This document shows, piece by piece, positions 33,221-39,236 of a stretch of 39,236 nucleotides of DNA (within the stretch, counting starts at the first letter, position 1; each line of letters opens with the position of its first letter). The notes under the pieces are model-generated. The model ran no database searches. It had not been told where the DNA came from and saw only the letters and a program-made list of their open reading frames with translations. Both the position numbers and the translations under genes were made by a program. This DNA is from Octopus bimaculoides (Eukaryota): the NCBI RefSeq assembly GCF_001194135.2, contig NC_068987.1, positions 28,494,499 to 28,533,734 of the forward strand, in the 5' to 3' direction.

Positions 33221-34903
33221 GGTTTGCTTAACATTAACCACTAGTAATTAACCACCTTAGTAGCAGAGTGGGTTCCGTAGCTAAGTTAACCAAGCAATTG
33301 TAATTGATATTACATTGGTAGTGAGAAGGATAAAACATGATTAGCTAAACTATTGATTCCAATACAGAAAACAGGGGACAGAACCATGGATTAATAATTT
33401 GTTAAATATCTACAAATCAAATGCATTTAGGAATAATCATTTGCAGCATGGCATAAAAAGAGACATGTGTGTCATAAGGTTATGATATACTACAAAGAAA
33501 CTATAATAATATTGTCATGACAAACCAAACAATTTTATTGAAATTTATTTTTGCTTAGTCTTTGGTCCGCTTAGTTTCAGTTGAACTATGACCAAAGTGC
33601 TTCAAGACGGAGAAACACTTACATATATACACCTACGTTGTCTAAAGTAACCTCAGGACCGTAGACTGTGACTCGAAAGAGCTTTCATCGTTATTTCAAG
33701 CAATTTATATGACCACGTTGAGGCTGCTTTGCTTGCTGGTTTTAATTAAAATGCTTAATGAATACGACAAACTTAACGAGATATATGAAAATAGATAACT
33801 CGCAAACTAAATGATAATTGAAAAGAAATGAAATGAAATACAATAGCATATTATTCTATTAAACAATATGAACTTAATGTATAACACGGTGACCGAATAA
33901 AGATACTTAGGCATAACAAATGGTTCTGAAATTGAACGATCGTCATTTCAAACTGTATGGGTGCGAATTAGTTGAAAGTGTTAGGCAAAACCATATTTTG
34001 TCTCGAATTACACAATACAGAATCTAGCATTAGCCAGTATATTATACAAGGTATCTCAAGGAACACGTTCTGCAACCATAATTTTTGTTCATTTATTTCA
34101 ATGTTTAAAATATTTTTGAAGTTGGAAAATATACACAAGTATATGTTTCCACAGATTTTATAAAAATTTCGACAGTGTAAGGTTTAAAAAATAGGTATTT
34201 TACTAAAAACGTGCCCAGCAAGTTCGATATATTTATGCGGTTTATTTCGTTTCCACTCATTAACATACAACACAAATTTCAAAGAATGTTTTATAAGTTA
34301 AATTGAAAATCAAGAACCGATTTCAGTTATGCATGGATAATTAGTTACATAGTGTAAATTAAATATTTGCAAAACTGTTATTTTGGTCATATAAATTTAT
34401 TATGAATTTATTAAAGAATTATTAAAATTTGTATAAAATATATATCCACCAAATAGTATGAAAATGTTACAAAAATTTCCGGATTGATTGTCATTTATGA
34501 AAATGTCAACTTGTACTGCTTAATGATTTATAAAAGTTAAATAGATTAGTATGAAATTTTATTAAGATGATATAGTAGTGTTACTTTATAAAGTCTTTGA
34601 TTTCGACGATTAAATAGTTAAAGGGTATAAAATTCTTCCACATAATTACTCATGAATATTTGACAATATATTTAATGGAAAATTCCGATTTTAGTATATT
34701 CCATAATTAAAATTGCTTTAAGAAAAGCATATCTATTTATTCAATGTATTTCTTATCAGAAAACATAGATATGTATGGTGCTTATTTACTATAAATTTAA
34801 TTATGAACAAATATATTCATTAATGCACTATCAAAGCTAGACAAATTTGTCTCCATTGTGTTCAAACTATCTTATATCTCTGTTATATAAACGTATTCTG
34901 CTA

Positions 34904-34958
34904 NNNNNNNNNNNNNNNNNNNNNNNNNNNNNNNNNNNNNNNNNNNNNNNNNNNNNNN

Positions 34959-35010
<52 letters not shown>

Positions 35011-35115
35011 AGTATCCATATATGTATATATATATATATACGTATATATATGCACTTACACACACACACACACACATATATATAAATGTACATGTATACA
35101 TGTGTGTGTGTGGGA
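34904..35115. repeat. Assembly gap 34904-34958 plus compound (TA)/(TG)/(CA) tract
   Basis: Directly visible. Confidence 0.97.
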
Positions 35116-36264
35116 GTGAATGTGTATGAATACAAGAACAAATCTATAAATTGCGCGCGCGTTCGTATCTGTTTCAATGATAGCTTGAGACTGTTTCTGA
35201 CGAAGGAATGAAATCTGAATGTTATATAATTACAATACTAATTTTCCACAACTTATAGAAATCAATATATTCTGATATAATTACACGATGAATACAATAT
35301 GGTAACATATATTGAAATATTGTAGCTGAAATTGTTATTTATCAAATATTTATTGGATACTATATATCATAAGAGATTGCAACATGCAGAGATTCGTGCT
35401 GCGAATACTTCCAATTGAAGATAATAAATGATTGGAAAATATAAAGAAAAAGGCTGCTTATGCTGTTTGCTCGGTGTAGATGATATTATTTTAAAAATAT
35501 AATATATAAGATCGGGATATTAATGGAAAACTCGATTTATCACTAATAGATAGGGTATTTCACCCAGGGAAACTTCAAATATTCAGCCGTCACATGCATC
35601 ATTTATTTTTTTCTTTTCTTCTCATGTAATTTTCCTGCATGCTCTTCGGTGTTCCTTCTATTACCAATTTATATTAGCGAATATATTTTTATATACGAAA
35701 GATGTTGACAAGTATTTGGTAATGAAATTTTCGACGATTTTTTAGAGTTTCAGATAACGTCACTCTTGTTCTTCGTTTTCTCAAAGGCAACTTTTTTACA
35801 TTTAAATTTTATTTTCTCATTCTTAATATAAATTATATTATCATAAACTGATGCTTTCGTAGAATTTCGTATATAATCTTCATCAACGGAATTTCAATAG
35901 TTCCTTCAATATTGTGTCCTAGAGTTCCATGTTATGAAATTATAGTGTTGTTTAGATTCCGACAAGAAGCACATTAAGAATTATGTTGTAAAAAAAATCA
36001 AGCTAAATTGTGTTAGCTAGTCAAAGATTTAAGTTATCCAAAGGCTTTTTATACACATTCATCAAAAATAGAGTTTAAACGTTTTTAACATTCTTTGTTC
36101 AGTGATTACTTGTTTTCTAAAATTGTACATATTTCGATTACATACCACCGTTTATACTTTTATATCCTAATACTTATCTCTCTTTTACCTTTTATTTGAC
36201 AAATGATATATATGAATTATAATATATTCATTATGGCTGCTTCGTATCTCAATATAAACACACT

Positions 36265-36337
36265 AAGACACACGCAAACACGCACGCGCATATATATTAT
36301 ATGTGATGTATGCATACATGCATACATACATACATAC

Positions 36338-36368
<31 letters not shown>

Positions 36369-36400
36369 CATACACAGATACACAAGCATACACACATATC
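36265..36400. repeat. (CATA)n/(CA)n tract
   Basis: Directly visible. Confidence 0.9.
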
Positions 36401-36749
36401 GTGACCTCTGAGTTTAGGAAATAGTTGCCATCTGAAAAATTGTAATAGTAAGTCCTGTAACACGAAATTAAATCATATTGATTTTCTTATAAACTGATAA
36501 TGCGTTCCGACGGATTCAGTTTTAAAAAAAAAAGAACATGCATGAAGCAACGCCATCAAATAATTTCTAAATATACGCAGTAAAATAAGTGTACGTAAAA
36601 ACATTTGGAGAGAAATATGTCAAAGATTAGTTAAAAATATGCTTTCATCAAAAGAAATGTAGCGTACTCTGTGAATGATGGGATTCAAATGGGAGATTCT
36701 GAAAGGGTGAGGGCCAGTATGTTCTATCTGATAGTTCATCATCTATTAG

Positions 36750-37230
36750 AGGGGCGAATGACTTAATTAAAATTCTTTGATGGTTACGAAATATCATATC
36801 TGTGTATATCTCAGTGTAGGAACGGAAATGATTAGATATTTTGGAATGATAACAAGAATATCACTATATCACTGGAAGAATTTCATCCAAGAAGAAACTT
36901 CAGGCGACCTTTAAAAGCTTTAAATCCTTTAGTTTATTCTTGAGAAATAAGTGTTTTAGCCCCCAGAAAAGAACAATTTCAATAACATTATACTCACTCT
37001 ATTTTGTAGCATCATTCAGCCATCATTTTCTTTCACAATCATCGGTAATTTTTAAGAAGTGCTTCTTAAAAATTTCAAGCCAGACTTGACTAACCAGAAA
37101 ACATTTCTCAGTAGAAATTTCACAAACCTTTCTCTGCAAATCATCATTCAAAGTTTTGTTTTATTAGCCATTGTGCTTGTCGACATACTACGTCGTATCT
37201 GAAAATCAGTCGATGCACCTAAGAGCCATC
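36750..37230 (-). mobile_element. Tigger-like (pogo, CENP-B family) transposase fossil
   Basis: LQRKVCEI..FLVSQVWLEIFKKH (HTH; cf. F.AS.GWL..FK.RH), YNVIEIVLFW (cf. N.DETGLFW) and KGFKAFKGRLKFLLG*NSSSD (cf. GFKA.KDRLTLLLG.N..GD). Confidence 0.72.
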
Positions 37231-38902
37231 CCATTTTAAATAACAAATTGAATCTATTGAAAAGTTCTAAACGGTTAACAGAATAAATTCTTGTACATTT
37301 GATATTTAAAACTTCAAAGAGAAAGAAATAGGACCTCCCACCTCCCCAGTACAGGAATAAAAATTATTAAATTCTCTATACGTATCAACGGAATTTATTA
37401 TCCGTACAACAATCTCAATGAAAACCTACAATATGTTAATAAAAAATCCAACATCCAAGATACGTGATTAATTACATTATGGTATCTGATCTAAAATATC
37501 AGGGGCGACACCTAATGAGGATATTTTCTTATACATTTAAAGCAGATTAATCAACAGATTTTCAACCATAAGACACATTTTGGTATACTGAGAAGTTAGT
37601 ACTACAAGGTATAACAACGACAGACAAAAAGATGCGGTCGAAGTCGAAGATCTGAGTTTACGAACAGGGAAATAATATTTATATATCACCTGAAGAAACA
37701 CAAGATCACATAATGCAGGTAACCAGTTATATAACCAAATACCAGTGGAACCGGGAGATTTACGTTGCGTGGAAACAACTGTAGTGATTACAAATAAAAG
37801 TTCCTCTGTACTTCTTGTTAACTCCAATGTATTGAATTATCCATTCACACACTACAGAGTCCCAACGCAAATCTGGCAATAGGTTTAAAACTATTGTTGG
37901 ATAGCACTGGGTGAAATCTAAAGCTGCATGAGCTTTATACTGTACTTTAATACATTATTAACAGAACATAACATAACTAAATATATATATATATATATTC
38001 ATTGGAACCAATTCATCAGGTGCATTCGTGTGTTTCTCTATGAGAGTATGTACGTGTGTCTGTGTGGTTGAACAAAAGTTTATTTTATCCTTCTTGATTT
38101 TGGTAGCATATATTTTTTGAAGATTAATTAAAATATAGGTTTCATAATCACGTAGGATTTTCTGTGGTGCATACAGCAGAATCCAAAAGTATTTATCTAT
38201 GATGGTGTACAAGCTATATTTTCCACTTTATTTGAAATTATGTTCTGTGTTTTTTTTTAATGCTGAAGTTGTTAGAACAGCGATATTGCATTGATTTTCG
38301 ATAGGTTCCAAAATATCTGTGCGTGTACAGAGGATCTTCAGGTTTGGGCGTGCGAATTGTGTATGTATCTGTCTCTAGCGTTCGACTAATTGCGTACATG
38401 TAAAAACTTTTAGCATGTGAAGTTTGGGATACAGGGAATTTATATATTATAATTGGTAGGATTCACTTTCTACACAATAGTCAAGTTGTTATCAATACTC
38501 AACACAATTAAAATGTTTTTAAAAGTATCCTCTTAGCTCTACAGAAAACGATTACATATTCGTTCAGAATTCCCGCACACAAAGCTATCATAGAATGGTA
38601 GAGACACAAAGATATATTTCTGATACAAAGAGGTCTACAGTTCAAGCAGGATAGCGTATACACCAAAACATCTTCCCACCACACGTACATAGACGTTCGC
38701 ATATGCAAACTAGAAGAACGACATTTCGAAGATAACATGAATCTTACACACGCAATTCAATGACGGAATATGTGTATACGTATGTATACATACATCATGA
38801 CACGTACAATTCAATGTATAATAAACACATTGAAACATAACCTATGAATACAAACATGAAGATCTGAAAATCCAGCAAAGTATGCTCCATATATGTATTT
38901 GT

Positions 38903-39067
38903 AGGCGCAGTAGTGGCAGTCTGCTAAGAAACTTGCTTCCCAACCCCATGGTTCCGGGATCAGTCGTACTGCGTAGTAGTTTTGTCGAGTGTCTTCTACT
39001 ATAACCTCGGGCCGACCAAAGCCTTGTGAGTGCACTTGGTAGACAGAAACTAAAAGAAGCCCGTTGC
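38903..39067 (+). mobile_element. 5' half of SINE family A
   Basis: aggcgcagtagtggc..catggttccggg..gtgtcttctactataacctcgggccgaccaaagccttgtgagt..ggtagacagaaactaaaagaagccc. Confidence 0.88.
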
Positions 39068-39236
39068 AAAGAGAGGGAGAGAGAAGAACAGCTGACAACT
39101 GACGAAGGTTCCTTCCTCTGTGTTTACTTGTCCTGTTCTCCATTTTTCTCACGCTGTTTATGTATTTAACCCGTTTGTTTATTTATTTCATGTTGTTCGA
39201 ACCGTTGCTGATGTCCGTACCCGTATAGGCATGTGT

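Noticed and set aside
26210-35177. ORFs spanning the gaps at 26370, 30169 and 34904
   Set aside because: Artefacts of N-runs and dinucleotide repeats.
37537-37827. 96-aa minus-strand ORF with an internal acceptor
   Set aside because: No recognisable motif, no convincing donor, and a length attainable by chance.
1-39236. CRISPR arrays, rRNA, prokaryotic operons or defence systems
   Set aside because: No regularly spaced repeat-spacer structure, no rRNA motifs and no dense coding; the DNA is eukaryotic and repeat-rich.

Overview
This is AT-rich eukaryotic DNA from a draft assembly, with nine N-gaps that mostly abut microsatellites. It is most likely from a coleoid cephalopod (Octopus); this is an inference from the recognisable tRNA-derived SINE families and the extreme TA/CA/GATA microsatellite load. 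I found no intact long CDS, rRNA or CRISPR array. Most ORFs in the supplied track are artefacts of microsatellites, N-runs or antisense transposon fossils. The window is mainly decayed mobile elements: two main SINE families, four R4/Dong-type (RLE) LINE pieces, a CR1/L2-type endonuclease fragment, a Penelope-like GIY-YIG fragment, a Charlie/Buster-type hAT, pogo and Tigger transposase fossils, an internally deleted mariner-like element, a HINE-like element and several MITE-like inverted-repeat elements. The most notable structures are (i) an R4/Dong-like LINE whose 5' part is inverted and ends near the RT position where the 3' part begins, a twin-priming-like geometry (6645-10180); (ii) a composite module with a tRNA-like Pol III cassette, a direct repeat and 35-bp inverted repeats (20135-20558); (iii) a perfect 32-bp hairpin (17865-17977) and a MITE with 67-bp terminal inverted repeats (TIRs) (12288-12640); and (iv) unidentified candidate spliced exons on the minus strand (833-1516) and plus strand (14204-31742). 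All family assignments come from manual translation and motif recognition, not database searches.
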